From: Marsupella aquatica
Lineage: Eukaryota; Plantae; Marchantiophyta
Assembly: GCA_973895155.1 (NCBI GenBank)
Contig: OZ316891.1
Coordinates: 19,679,048 to 19,743,047, forward strand
Direction of reading: 5' to 3'
DNA length: 64,000 bases
In this document: piece by piece, positions 23,780-36,875 of the stretch
Numbering within the stretch: the first letter of the stretch is position 1
Layout: the number at the start of each line of letters is the position of its first letter
The notes under the pieces: generated by a model
What the model saw: only the letters and a program-made list of their open reading frames with translations
The model's database searches: none
Told to the model about the DNA's origin: nothing
Position numbers and translations under genes: made by a program

Positions 23780-24579
23780 GAATGTGCACTAATCACTCTG
23801 GCGCACCTAGCACGACTTAGTTAGGAAGTGAAACTTGGTCTAATAATATTATTATTAGGGAATCAATTGAGAGATAGAAAGAGTTTACTATGTGGAAGTT
23901 ACCAAGTGGAACTTGGGCTCATTATTATTACACAGTCAATTGAGAGATAGGGAGAGGTTTAGTGTATGAAAACTTTATATGGCCCGCGGGCTTAGATGGT
24001 GTGTTTCTATAGACTAGCCTCTGGTGAAATATATGAATAATGTATCTCTGCTGTTGATTATTTATGTGTTCCTTGGATGTTGCACATGTGCATACCATCC
24101 TTGTGAATAACGGCAGTTTGCTCAGCACATCTGCCCCATACCAAGGCACATTTTAACTTTAAAAGTCATTGAAAAACTTTATTAGAGTCGCTTTTTCAGT
24201 GAAAAATTTTAATAGTCAACGAAAAAATAGCACTTGAGCAGGTCACAAGGGTTTCTGTATAACACAAGCTCCATCTAAACTCAAGCTTCCATAAATCAGA
24301 ATGTTTGACAAATTGCTTGGATGGACAATCTTAACCTACATGGACTATCTTGAAACATATTTTTATATTTAAAACAAAACTTCTTCTTTGTATTAGTGCT
24401 TGCATTTTTTGTCTAAAAAAAAGCTTGGTTTATCAAAATCCTTAGGTTTGATGTGTTGGTCCATCCAACCATCAACTTTCAACCTTGAAATGTGACTCCC
24501 TCACTGTCAAGTTTGTTAGTCATCATGTATTACTCATCCTCATGGCCCTCATTTAAAAAGGAGATTTGAAATGAGAAAT

Positions 24580-25790
24580 GTCTATCATTGCGGGCCCCCA
24601 TGGGAAGCTGCTTGCAAAATCTCTACCACCACACTGAACCACATCATCAGATTTAGTCACAAACAAGAATAATGATGTTTTCAACAAAACACAATGCAAT
24701 CGTTCATTTTTGATGCAAGGCAAGGAAAAAAATATATACTTAGTAACAATAACAAAATCAAAAATAGAAAAGTTTAGAACAACAAACAATTGAGTAAAAC
24801 AACGTTATTGTTTTGATGTCTACAGTAGTCAGTGATATAATAGTGTTTACCATCAAAATGCTTATATCTTTTGATTTTTTATAGGTTTTGAAAAAACCAA
24901 CCAAGAAAAATGTAAATAGTTAGAACCCCTTGGGCTCATAGTGTAAAACCAAAAATCAATCTCCTTCATATTTGATGAAATTTTCCAATGTTAGATTCAT
25001 TGGAAAGCTAAAGCAATTTAAAGACTCATGACCTTTTTAGAACTTGATAAAATCTCCCAATGTCACACTCATTGGCAAGCTACAAAAAATAAAAAAACTC
25101 ATAATCTTCTCAGTAATCCATAATATCTATCATTGTTAGGTTCATTGAAAAGCTAGATAAATTTGAGATCTCACAATCTCCTTGGTATGCATTTGACAAC
25201 ATTTTTCAGTGTTTGGTTCATTGGAAAGCTAGAGAAATTTAGAAACTCATAATCTCGTTACTACTTGACAAAAACTCCCTATGTTACACATTAGAAAGCT
25301 AGAGAGATTAAAAAAGTCAAGATCTCCTTAGTGCTTGACAAAATCTAACATGATATTTATCAATGTTGAAGTCAATGTTGGAATTAATGAACTCTTGATC
25401 TTTGTAGGACTTGACAAAAGCTCTTAAGGTCTCACTCATTGGAAAGGTAGAGAAATTCAAAACTCATCCAACTATGAAATCTTCCAAGGTGAGACTCATT
25501 GAAACCTAGAAAAACTAAGAAACTCATAATCTCCTTGGTAATTGACTAAATCTATCAATGTGATGCTCATTGGAAACCAAGAGAAATTCAGAAAATCACT
25601 ATCTGGTTTCTCACTCATCTCTCAGTGAAACATTTTGTGCTAAACACTTAAAAGTATTTTAGAAAATCCTGAAGATTGAAAATGAGTCTAACATTGGGAG
25701 ATTTTGTCACTAGATCATGGGCCCTCAACCCATTTGGTTTCCATGAGTTTGAGAAATGGGTTCAGGGCATTTGGATACAACACTTAGAAA
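24580..25790 (-). mobile_element. Second, inverted copy of the 1135-2285 element
   Basis: The reverse complement of 25561-25780 aligns to 1140-1365. It has the same tandem unit and the same two terminal hairpins. Confidence 0.78.
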
Positions 25791-26374
25791 TATCTTCAAG
25801 GGCTTGTCTCTCATTGAATTTAAGAATAGTTGTAGGGAGATGGGGTCCACGATCTAATTAATAGGAGAGTGATAAAACCCTCATGGAAAAGAAGAGAAAG
25901 TAGTATGTGGTACCCAAGAAGCCAGTGCCTAAAGTATATTGTGCATGAGAAAAATACAAAACCTATTTTTAAAATGTGTGCACCTTTTGGTGTGTCCTTT
26001 TGGAAAGACCTGTGTCAACTTGAGTCCTAAAAAACTTTCTGTGCAAATTTGGCCCCCATCAACACCTGATTCATAAATTTGGTCTTACAAGTCTTTTTAC
26101 AAAAAACATGGATGAATCACCTGATTGAGGTCTGGAACACCCACAAGTCCAAGTGAGACAATCCATTCTTGAAACAGGGTTATGCAAGGTTGTATGGATG
26201 TCACATATTTTGAGCTGCCTCCATTCAAAGATGGATCATAGATCTCAAGGATAGGAAGTCTCAAGGGGCATGTGAATAGACAATAAGATAAAGAAGTCTT
26301 ACTTGGAGTGTCAAGATCATTTTAGTTCAACAACAAATAAACAACCAGAAAGGATCCTCCACTTGAGGGACTAA

Positions 26375-26779
26375 GGGGGGCTTTACAAGACGATGGGGGC
26401 CGTTCACTCTCTCTTCATCCAGAGCAAAGCTGATGGCCATTTCATTCCACAAAAGTTAAAATGCCTGAGCCAAAATGTGTCAGGTCTGGAAGTAATCAAT
26501 GCAATTCCCTTAAAACAAGCGGCCGTTTGTTCCAAGTTTTTAGACCACCTCAAGAGGAGGTCTAAGTTTTTGACAAAAAAGCTTGCACACCTCACCAAAA
26601 AAAGGGACCCACAAGGGACCCACTGACAGATGACTAGGTTCGGTAATGCTTTTTGTTCATTGTGCCCCCAAGTTCATGTAAAGTGAAGTGTGGCCAGTTC
26701 CCACATATGAATGGCTAGGATTGCATCTTTCACTTAGAAAAAATGGAATGGCTGCCCCCAAGTTCTTGTAAAGCCCCCC
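26375..26779. mobile_element. MITE, PIF/Harbinger (Tourist-like), 405 bp, 16-bp TIR, TAA target-site duplication
   Basis: TIRs GGGGGGCTTTACAAGA / TCTTGTAAAGCCCCCC; TAA at 26372-26374 and 26780-26782; adjacent empty site; second copy at 55759-56151. Confidence 0.95.
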
Positions 26780-26832
26780 TAATGTGCATCTAGACAATCT
26801 TGTCCTTCCAGTTTCTCTCAACCAACTTACCC

Positions 26833-26932
26833 GTTCAACAACAAATAAACAACCAGAAAGGGTCCTCCACTTGAGGGACTAATGTGCATCTAGACAATCT
26901 TGTGCTTCCAGTTTCTCTCAACCAACTTACCC
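26833..26932. repeat. 100-bp tandem duplicate representing the empty MITE insertion site
   Basis: Equals 26325-26374 joined to 26783-26832 with 2 substitutions and a single TAA (26880-26882). Confidence 0.93.
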
Positions 26933-27059
26933 GGTACAACCTTCCATAGCCTTGTTTCAGGAGTGGATGTTCTCACTTAACTTGGGCATTCATAGGTGTT
27001 TTCAGTGTCTCCAGTATTCCTACAAGGGACGTGACAGTTGTGTTCTTTACTCATTTATT

Positions 27060-27845
27060 CTCCTGGTATCGTGGCTAAGGACATGCATAAGAGTGAGCCC
27101 ATCATCAATTGTCAAGTTGCCTCCTGATATTGTGCCTCCTGATAAAGTCACTTTATAAAGTTGCATCATCACTTTATACAGTTGGATCCTTTACACACTC
27201 ATTCTCCTAGTATTCAGGCTAAGGACAGGGAGGGACAAGAGAATGGAGACTGAGAAGTGCATCATCAACTGATAGTGTTGCATCCTTTAGTCACTTGTCC
27301 TCCTGGTATTCAAGCTAAGGACATGGAAAAAAAAGTGCATCATCAACTGACACATGACAATTTAAGATCTTCTTTTTTTACAGACCATCTACATGCAAGA
27401 CAGCTCTTATTCAACCACGGTGGCAATTTAATATCACATTTTTACAGCCCATCCATCTACACTCTTTACAATATTTAGTGGTCACAAAACAATTAGTGTC
27501 ACACACACTAGTTAAGGGTAGGCCTTGATTTTCAGCCAAGTGACACTATTACCGTCACCCCCAATTTTGAAAAAAAAATTAACATATTGGAAAATATTGA
27601 TAATTAGAGGTGACTATGTTATTGGTGGTAAACCTAAATTGGACCCACTCCAAAATTATCCAGACTACCAACAACATCTCTTTGTGTGTATGTCAGTTCT
27701 TTCTCAATTATGCCTTGTCTGGTAATAGGGCTAAGGACATGTAGAAGAGAAAGTGCATCGTCAATTGACATCGTAACCAATTAAGATCAACTTTTTGCGG
27801 CTCATCTACATCTACATCCAAGACTGGTCTTATTCAATCACTGCT
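27060..27845. repeat. Degenerate local repeat cluster (4 copies of CTGGTA..GCTAAGGACA..GTGCATCATCAA)
   Basis: Copies start near 27061, 27205, 27300 and 27718. Confidence 0.7.
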
Positions 27846-28685
27846 CGTCACATCAGACATTCAGGTACTAAAGACTTGGACGGGCGCCACCTTCCCTTGC
27901 AACGCAGATAAGTCCAATCATTCGAGTTATAGTTATTCCGGCTGTATTGGCCTCGACCTCCACAAACAAAAGTTGATGGACGTAGAAAACGAGATGTATA
28001 CTCGAGCAGGGTTCAATTGTTAGATCCTGTACACCAGACTCTTGTAATATCCACCCTGCGGCTTCTGACCTGGTCTGTATCCTCTGGTCAACTGTGGATA
28101 TCAGTAAGCCTTTTTTATCCGGTATTTCCCTTGCCTGGACGGCGCGTAACAGAGGACAACCATATCTGTCAGAAGCTAGCTCATAACCCTACCAAATATT
28201 CTGAAGTGGCATCAAGTAAATGAACATACAGGGCTGTGATTGATGAGAAAAGAATATGAACCAGTATGTGGAGGTGCAGAAAAAACACATAGGGCGAAAA
28301 AGTACAACACATTATTCACAAATACTACTTTTCTCACAGAGTAAAAATACAATGCCGGAGAGATGTGCGCTAACCAAACACATCTCTGCACATGCTCTCC
28401 AATCTTTAAGATTTCTCCGTGATTTGCTACTAAATCTTTGGTTCATGCTGATCGTATACTGTTTAATAGATTAATTTAAAAGATTACAAGATCTAAGTGT
28501 AAACTTGATCACACACACTACCAGATTACTGAGTGGTTGCTAATGTACATATACCACATATATAACTAAATTCTTAGGTATTTTTAAGGATGAAATCCAT
28601 TAGTCTTGAAGGACAAACCAGGAACCAGTCTGCCTCGGTGTAACAGGGAACAGTTTGGTCAGCTTAGGTATTTCAGAAACGCTGC

Positions 28686-31600
28686 CTAATCTGACGTGAA
28701 CAGTTTAGACTTGGGTGGTTTCTGACAATCTGAAGGCATCCACCCAACACGGTGGTTGACATTGTCATATATAACCAAATGGCCGCGGAGGGAAATATCT
28801 GCAAGGAAACAAAACCATGTCAATTACCATAGCCCCAAAACATAGAAGTTTCGCCAGTCCTGCTAATTTGCAAATAACACTCGGATTCTGATAATCCACC
28901 CAACTCATAGAAATAATTATGATAGAAAAATATAAAGACTATTAAGCACTCCATCTAAACCACAGCCAAATGTTTTACGCAGTTCATCCTAGCATATTCG
29001 ATTATGTCACAACACAACAGCTACCAAACTTATTCCAGCCTCTTCTATCAGTCCAAAATTTGGCGTCAATTTGAAGCTAACAAAAAGTCTTACCACCAAT
29101 GATGTTAATCTCTTCGCTACCAGCATCCGATGAATCCATAATTCCCATACAAACATTGCCTTGAGGCTGTCATATTTAGGACACAGATTGAACGGTAAGG
29201 AAAAGATTTGTAAGTAGAAGCCTAGATAGCACAATTATGTAAGAGAACAGTTCGCAATATGATCTATCAAACTATGCTTTTGAAATTGAACAGCATCGTA
29301 GTCTTAATTTTGCATGACGATATGCGTAACCTAACCTGTAGTGGGATCAAACTCCTACTTGTAATCTAATCATCGCAAGACTAAGGTCTGAACTTGTCTG
29401 ACAATTTCAGCACATGCAGATTGAATCTATGAACAGAACGATTGTTTCAGAACAAAATTGAGATAGAGATAGACAACGCAGTGAAAAACGATTTAGATCT
29501 TAGGCACACCCATGTCTACATAACCTGAAACCGTTCAAGGTACTTACAGTAATAATTAGATAAGATTGAGGTATTATGATCATGAATTTGGTGGTAAGGA
29601 ACCACTGAGTTCCAAAGTTCAAAGTCACTGGTTGAAAAAAGTGACTTGCTTCCGTGACAGACCTACAGAAACAAATTAACCATTAGGTGACAGTTTCAAA
29701 GGATGAACCCATAATTCTCTCATCTCGTCTTCCTCATGCCAGTCAGAATCAAAAAGATCAAAAAGATGACCCGCTTTCTAAATTCCTAGAGCAGAGAAAG
29801 GAAGCCTGAGATTCTACCCTTTGAATCTTGAGGTCAAAACTTTGCGCCGAGAACACAACGATTACCTGAAAGGACTCTTCCCCCTCCAGCAGTACGGTAA
29901 GGTCGTATCAGACAAATCTTGCTCTAATCCAGATCCCTCCAGCCCTTTCTCTACCTGTTTCATCAAAGCAGGGAGTTAAAAAATGGTATTGTAAGACAAT
30001 TCAGTTCATAATGATAAAGAACCCCAGACCTCAAAAAAATTCCCTCAGACTTTCAACCCCAACATACCGCGTCAATAAAAGCTGAGAATAGTTCTGGGAC
30101 AAGATACGTATAAGAAGTCCCACTGTCGAAAACAAAGTCATAGTCGCCGCCTTCTTCCAAACTGGACGATCCATACTGGACTTTTGTGACACTCACAAAG
30201 TAATTGTCGCTGCAATCAAAAGTTGATTCTCCCGTCAGACCAACTCAGTAACTAGAACTACAAAAACTCACAAATGCATGTATACGGACTTCCAGTCCAT
30301 GGAGTAACTAGTCGGGACTTCCAGTCCATGGAGGAACTAGTCGAAAGAAATATGAATAACATCCTTCCAAATAGTTCAGATGAATATTGTTTTCGAGTCA
30401 GTGGACTCTGTGAAGATGTCCAATCCCCACAACTGAATTACTTTAATGATCACATTTTCCAACCAGACTGCTGAAAAATATGACTAGCATAGATTGTCAT
30501 GATATCATCAACCAAGTTCCTCTTTTACATGTTTATGATTACATTTTGTCTAGTTACGGTCTGCGGTTTTGCAAGGCCTCAACAAATGCATTAGTAGTCA
30601 CAGTTTCAATAGGATTTGCTCAGTCGTTTAGGAAAATTCCCCAACTGCAAACTATCACAATATCGTCGCAGTGACAGAAATTAGTCAGGTTCAGTCATGT
30701 TCCTCAATTTAGTGTACCTCAACTTCCTTTCCACGTAGAGTCAATCTAACACGGGGATGGACCGTTTGTTCGCGTCAGTCTGATTTCATTCACTTGTTCT
30801 TTTCGATTGCGTTTTTCAGTCATCTGCATTCATTTACTCGCAAATGTCATTCAAATCTGCTTCATTTGCTCCTGCTGTTTTCTCCTGTCTGTTTTCTGTT
30901 CACTCCAATCAAGCTCATTTAAGTCCTTTCAACCATCCTTCCACCATGGGTTCCCTTCTTCACCCTTCGTTCATTAGCAGGAGTAAGACAGGAACTCAGT
31001 TCATGACTTTTTCCCGCTTTGCACACAAAGCATCTACAGATTTTTTTCATGGTTTACATTCTTTAGAGTTATTTAAATCGCGGGTACATACTCGCCGTGC
31101 TTCTTGACGATAGAGGTCCACGTCATGCCCCACGATGGGACTAATTCATCCCCAAAGAAAAGATATCCACCACCCCTATTGCCGCCCTCCAGACAATGCG
31201 CAATCACGTTTTTCACAACGCCTTTCGCTGCCAATTGAGCGGGCAATGCCAGCTTAGCACTGTTCAGTCCAAGGAGCCCATCCGTCTTTGACGGGGACTC
31301 GGCTAAAGAGCCCTGCTGATCATACGAGCACCTGAAATGCATTACAGAAAACGATCAGAACAGAATTCTTCAACAATCACTAAGTTCAATGACTTGTTGG
31401 ACAAGTTAACTGTGCAACCACACCAACTCACATAAAATAACCGAAGAGAGAAGATTGGGTTATGTATAATGAACATGCAAGACCATCAGGTTATTGTGGA
31501 AACACAAGAAGCTCCATGTAAAATGTAAAACAAAATGGGAATAGATCACTCTCCTTGTGACAGACAACACTGGCTCTTCTTTCCTAAATGTCCTGATTTC

Positions 31601-33242
31601 TCTACAAAGACCGTCAGTTGATTTTGCTAAATACTGCTCTCAAGTAACGGACCAACATCCGGGACTCAGAGAGTAGAGAAATACCCAAAAACAACTTTTT
31701 CTTTCACGAAAGAACCATTCGAAAGTGTCAGAGAGAGTTGATCTGAGACAAGCACCCCCATGGTAGAACTACTGTCACCGTATTCAATTTCATAGTCACA
31801 TTGAGTGCCTGCCCCATTACAGCCATATCTGCTTCCCTGTTGAAGAAGAGAACAGGTTGGCTGTCTACAATCCACAATACTCGCTCCTCCAGGGTTGTAC
31901 AATGGATGCGGTGTCTGGAAAGGTCATATCGTTAGTGAGAAGTTGCCACCCGGACAGTATACCCGTACGTTTCAAATTTTCACCAACTATGGACGGGAAT
32001 GTCCCACCTAAATTGCTCAGCAAATCAACAGATCAAGTTCCCGTTAAAAGCTAGGTATATAGAGGACTTAGATAGTTCCACAAAGCACCTCCTCGCCACG
32101 TAACTTCCCGTAATGTTACCAAACCAAAAGCCGTATCACTTTTGAAATCCCAAAGATATGAAAGTGCACCAACCTCAGCACAACGTGCACCAGGAACGTT
32201 GCATTGGAGCCACGTAAGATCACTTCCAGTATCAATGTCTAGGAAGTAAGGCTTTGGAGGTGTACCAACTTGAAGTTGCATGTAATAGAGCCTGACATCA
32301 CAAACACCAAAAACCACATCGTCAACAAGGGAAGTCATAAAAACCATTACCGAAAGATAATAAAATGCAAGGCTTCAAAAGGTAAAACCTCAAACTCACT
32401 TGAACAAGGGCAGACAGATCCTGCTCAACTGAGCAGACCTACATGTTAGAGATAGTTTCAACGGTTCTTTCGAGAGCGCGACTCGTTTCATTCGGACCAG
32501 CAACTACTGTTCTAGTCACTCACTTTGCAAGTGTGAGGGTGGACATGACGGCAATACAAACAATTTGACGGATAGCAACGAAAGGAATTAATCACAGACG
32601 TGGAGAACACAATCACAGACGTGGAGATCACAATCAACAGAGGAAGCATGTTAAGTACCCGTCTGGATAAACATTGCCATGAACTGGGAAAGAAGGCGTG
32701 GATTTCACTTCGTCTCTTCCTCTTACAACAACCCGTTCCCAAAGCTTCCTTCGACTGTAGTCACGCTCGATCAACCCAGTTTCAGGTATATAATCATCTG
32801 TGTGGTTTCCCGGTGCCATTGACAATAATCGTTTGGCATACAGCTTGTGCACGTGCGCCCATTTCTCGCTATCGTCCCATTGTTCCTCGACCGGCCCCGA
32901 GGACAAACCACGGAAAAGTGCAAAAGCGATAACCCCCAAGAGGATAAAGCCAGCGATGATCAGAAACGAGCGTCTCATAAATTTTCTTAAAGGTGGACTT
33001 CTTCCAGGAGGTGGAAGAGTTTCTTCGACAGCTTGAGTGGGGAGAGGGGCATATTGGGGGCCGTTCGTGGCCACGCGATGTTGCTGATCCTGAAACGTGA
33101 ATGCTGCACAGACAGTCTTCCCATCCTTCCCATCTCCATGTGGAACGGACATTATCACGACTCCCCTAACTTCTCTACTACAGCTTTGCTGCTGGCTCTG
33201 ATGGTCCATTGGCATCATCGGAATCTGTTGCCTGTTCTCCAT
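28686..33242 (-). CDS. Aspartic protease, A1 family, Asp1/nucellin/APCB1-like, with N-terminal transmembrane anchor; 9 coding exons
   Basis: Exons 33242-32659, 32291-32174, 31914-31685, 31331-31092, 30209-30068, 29954-29866, 29662-29548, 29166-29094, 28798-28686. Motifs VHGNVYPDGLYY, catalytic DIDTGSDLTWLQC and VFDSGTSYTYL, GNVCMGI, NIIGDISLRG..YDN. TM segment SFLIIAGFILLGVIAFALF. Confidence 0.96.
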
Positions 33243-34844
33243 CTTAACTGGCACACGCAAGTTAAGGTTTAAGTCAACGGCCTTTGACCTCCTTTCGTGT
33301 AGTCATCTCCATTCATAAACTATTCTTCAATGTGACCAAAAAACAGACTCGAACGGAAATGGCTTGCCCAGACCACCGATGCCATTTTTCATGAATATAT
33401 CGTAGTAACTAATGCTTTCCGACTTATTAGAATTGAGGAGAGGTTCCCAATTCTAGTTTACAGAGTCTATTCACACACTCGGACGCTAAATTAGGCTACA
33501 GAGCTTGTGTCGATACGATTCCGAAAACGTGTGAACAGAACAGCAGTGAACATTATGTACCCTTATAGCACCACATACACACACGGAAACCTTGCCGCGA
33601 AACAACTCCAATCCAAAGGAAAAAGGAGTTACAATTACGACGGAGGTACGTACCTCGCGTACGTGCTCAGTTAGATCAGCCGGATAATTGCCAGTGTCAA
33701 TTGCGGTCCCAATCCACGTCCACGTTGCATTCGGTCCACGAGCCCCCACACGCCGACTGTCCTGTCTCTCTTCTCTCTCTTCTCTCTCTGTATATACCGG
33801 AACCTGTTCAGCTCGTGACAGTCTGCATAACGTCGTCTTATCCCCGAACACTAAGTCACACGGGGCCAACCGCGTGATCTGACGATGCAACCGAAGTTAT
33901 TCACTCCTCCACCATCAGAGTACCATATGCAACTCTACAGTTCCGTTTTGCACAGATCAAAAGCTGGCTGAGATCACAGTGAAGCGAGAGCAGTCCTTAC
34001 GAGCAAGCCCTTGAATTGACCATTTGATCATTTGACCTTGCCGTCGCTAAGGTTGTGCATATAAGAGACATCATGCATGTCGCCAAGTGCCGTGACTAAA
34101 GAACCACACAGATCCGAAAACCCGACAAGTCCAGGCCCAAGCCCTACTACGAAACAAGATCGATTGTTCCAACGCAAGCGCACCCGCTGCTGTACCTATG
34201 AGTCGCCCGAGACTAACAATCGCCCCCCTAAACCGGCCACCGAAAGCCGGGCGCAATCAGAACGCCACCACACCACACGGAGGCTGATCCGACCAATTCC
34301 CTTAGTTCGATCGGCCGAACGAATCCGATCCTCCGACGCCAAAAACAACAAATTAACAACGAGTGCACGGCGCGACTCGCCGTCTCGCCCTAATGACGAA
34401 CCGAACCACTCGTCCGGTGCTGCTCCCCGCACTCCTGCGCACGGGAGCAGCGAGTCAGCAGACTCCTCCGCCTTCTCTCCTTCTACACCCAAGCCGTAGC
34501 GCCATAGCTCTTCGTCGTCGACCTGCAAACCCAAACCCTCGAAATCGAAACAGACCTCCGAAGAGCTCCTTCCATTGAGAAGAAGCGGTCGAGCAGTCCG
34601 GTCAAGCGCAGCAATAATAATAATCCATTCCGGTTCCTTTTTTTTCCTGTTTTCTTCCCAGCTTTTAGAGCAGCAGTCCTCCTTTTCCCTCGAGCTCTCG
34701 CTGCAATTTCTTATGCGCGGAAACACAGCCACCATGAAAAAGTAGCGCCTGCCATTATGGCCCATGGCGGATGAATCCTTCCTCGTAGCACCGTAAAGCG
34801 TGCTGACGTCCGACAATTTGTCTCTGGGACTACCGTGCCTATAG

Positions 34845-35055
34845 ACAATTGCGTGAGGCTGCAGTGCGCTCTCTCTAAATGCACACCCCCGAGAGAAGAC
34901 GCTCCCGGTGTGCAATAAACGAGGGTTTGCACTACCTAATAAGTGCAAACCCGTAAAATTGTGCACTTATCAGTAGCGGAGTATCCAAAACAGGGGTTTG
35001 TGCGATGTGATAAGAGCAAACATGTGCTGTAGAGTTGTGCACTTATTAGTAAGGG
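34845..35055 (+). repeat. Direct repeat (copy 1; copy 2 at ~36665-36875) built of ~68-bp GCAAACCCGTAAAATTGTGCACTTAT units
   Basis: CAGTGC..CTCTCTAA..GAGAAGA..GTGCAAACC..TTGTGCACTTATCAG..GAGTATCCAAA is co-linear at both places. Confidence 0.8.
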
Positions 35056-35422
35056 AGTTACTCTATATGTGCACTTATTGGTAAGGGAGTTACTCTATAT
35101 AATTCCTGTAGGGCAAAAAGGTTACTGGAGTGTAACTTAGGTGTTACCATTTTCATAACCCTTTGCCCAGGAATCACAGGGTAATCTTTTATCCTGGCAG
35201 GTATTATGTATGAAAATGGAATGATTGTTTGGGCTGGGGTTATAGTCTAAAACCTGTTCCCACAAAACTCAAAAAAAAATTCCAACTATCGTTGGTCAGC
35301 ATTTTGTCACTTTCTGGTCACAAGATTACAGACTAGTAACCCAGACCAAACAGTCACTACCCCATACTTATAGACAACTAGCTCAATACCTGTGCTCAAT
35401 ACCTGTGCGTTGCACAAAAGAA

Positions 35423-35965
35423 GTTGTGTCGGTCAAGATGTCATTGAGAAAAATGATGTCATGTCAGCCAAGAGGTCGTGGAGAGAAAAGATGTTGTGTC
35501 AGCCAAGAGGTCTTGGAGAGAAAAATGTCATGTCGCCCAAGAGGTCGTTGAGAGAAAAGATGTTGTGTTGGCCAAGAGGTTATTGAGAGAAAAGAAGTCA
35601 TGTTGGCCAAGATGTCGTTGAGAAAAAAAGATGTGTCGGCCAAGAGGTCTGGAGAGAAATTATGTCAAGTCGCCCTAAAGTTCTTTCATTGAGAGAAAAG
35701 AAGTCATTGAGAAAAAAAGATTTCGTGTCAGCCAAGAGGTCGTTGAGAAAAAAGATGTCGTCTTGGCCAAGAAGTCATTGAGAAAAAAGATGTCGTGTCG
35801 GTCAAGATGTCGTTACAAAAAAATTGTCATGTCGGCCAAGATGTTGTTGAGAAAAAAAATGTTGTGTCGGCAAAGACATCCTTGAGGGAAAAGATGTCGT
35901 GTCGGCCAAGACATCGTTCTGGAAAATACCCGTGCGTTACACAAAAGATGTTGTTAAGAAAAAAA
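35423..35965. repeat. Minisatellite, ~35-bp unit (GTCGTGTCGGCCAAGAgGTCGTTGAGAAAAAAGAT), ~15 copies
   Basis: Head-to-tail degenerate units seen directly, with no unique spacers. Confidence 0.92.
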
Positions 35966-36664
35966 ATTGTTCCTTTCAAACCTTAACCTCCCCATTTTTC
36001 CCTTTTCCTATTTTTGGTCTTCTCTTTTTCACATTCACCATTACTCCACTCGTTCACCGCCCCCCTTCCCCACCCATGTGAGATCGAGGGGCTACCCTAC
36101 ATTGCGAGTGTGCCCCTCGCCTGAGACCTTGCCATCAACACCCATGCCATGCGCTTCACTATGTCTTTGGGCCTTATTATTTTTGTTTTTTTGGCATTGA
36201 AAATGACTCTGCAAATGAATGTAAAAATCACCACAAATATTGGGAGAACAGTTTTTTATTGATCTAGTGACTAAAATGTTATTAGTAATTAAATTACTTT
36301 TAGGGACTCTTACCAGTATTATACAAACTTATGATGCACACAATATTGAAATATGTACAATGAATATATACAATACAAATTTGTATGTGAATATGTACAA
36401 TATTTATTGCAAGGATGTATACTCCTTGATGCTTGTGCATTGATTCTTGTGCATTGTGTTAAAGTCTTTCCCTTCTTTTTTGTGTGCCTCGTGTGATTAT
36501 TCTTGCTTGTCTTGGGCACCGGTGCAACTTTTTGTGACTTACACTAAACTCAATTCACACTTTGGCTTTATTGCTTACCTTTGACCAGATTTTTTAATTT
36601 TTGTGCCCTGCAAATTTGAATGACAACCACTCTAAAAAGTGGCGCAACTGTGTATTATAGTTTT

Positions 36665-36875
36665 TGATTGTGTGAGGGTACAGTGCCCTCTCTCTAAGTA
36701 TTCACGCTCAAGAGAAGATGCATCCAGTGTGCACTAAAGAGGGGCTTGCAGTACGTGATAAGTGCAAACCTGTAGAATTGTGCACTTATCAGCATCAGAG
36801 TATCCAAACAGGGATTTGTGCAATATGATGAGTGCAAACCCGTAAAATTGTGCACTTATTAGTAAGAGAGTATCC
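36665..36875 (+). repeat. Direct repeat copy 2 of 34845-35055
   Basis: Same co-linear motifs as copy 1. Confidence 0.8.

Noticed and set aside
30690-31010. Pyrimidine-rich intronic block, possibly a LINE 3' remnant
   Set aside because: No translatable RT motif or clear TSD could be established by eye.
34077-34966. 140-aa (+) and 256-aa (-) ORFs
   Set aside because: No recognisable domain. This is GC-rich promoter and 5'UTR sequence of the protease, where long ORFs arise by chance.
35423-35965. CRISPR-like regular ~35-bp periodicity
   Set aside because: Units are head-to-tail and degenerate with no unique spacers, the context is eukaryotic, and there are no cas genes. It is a minisatellite.
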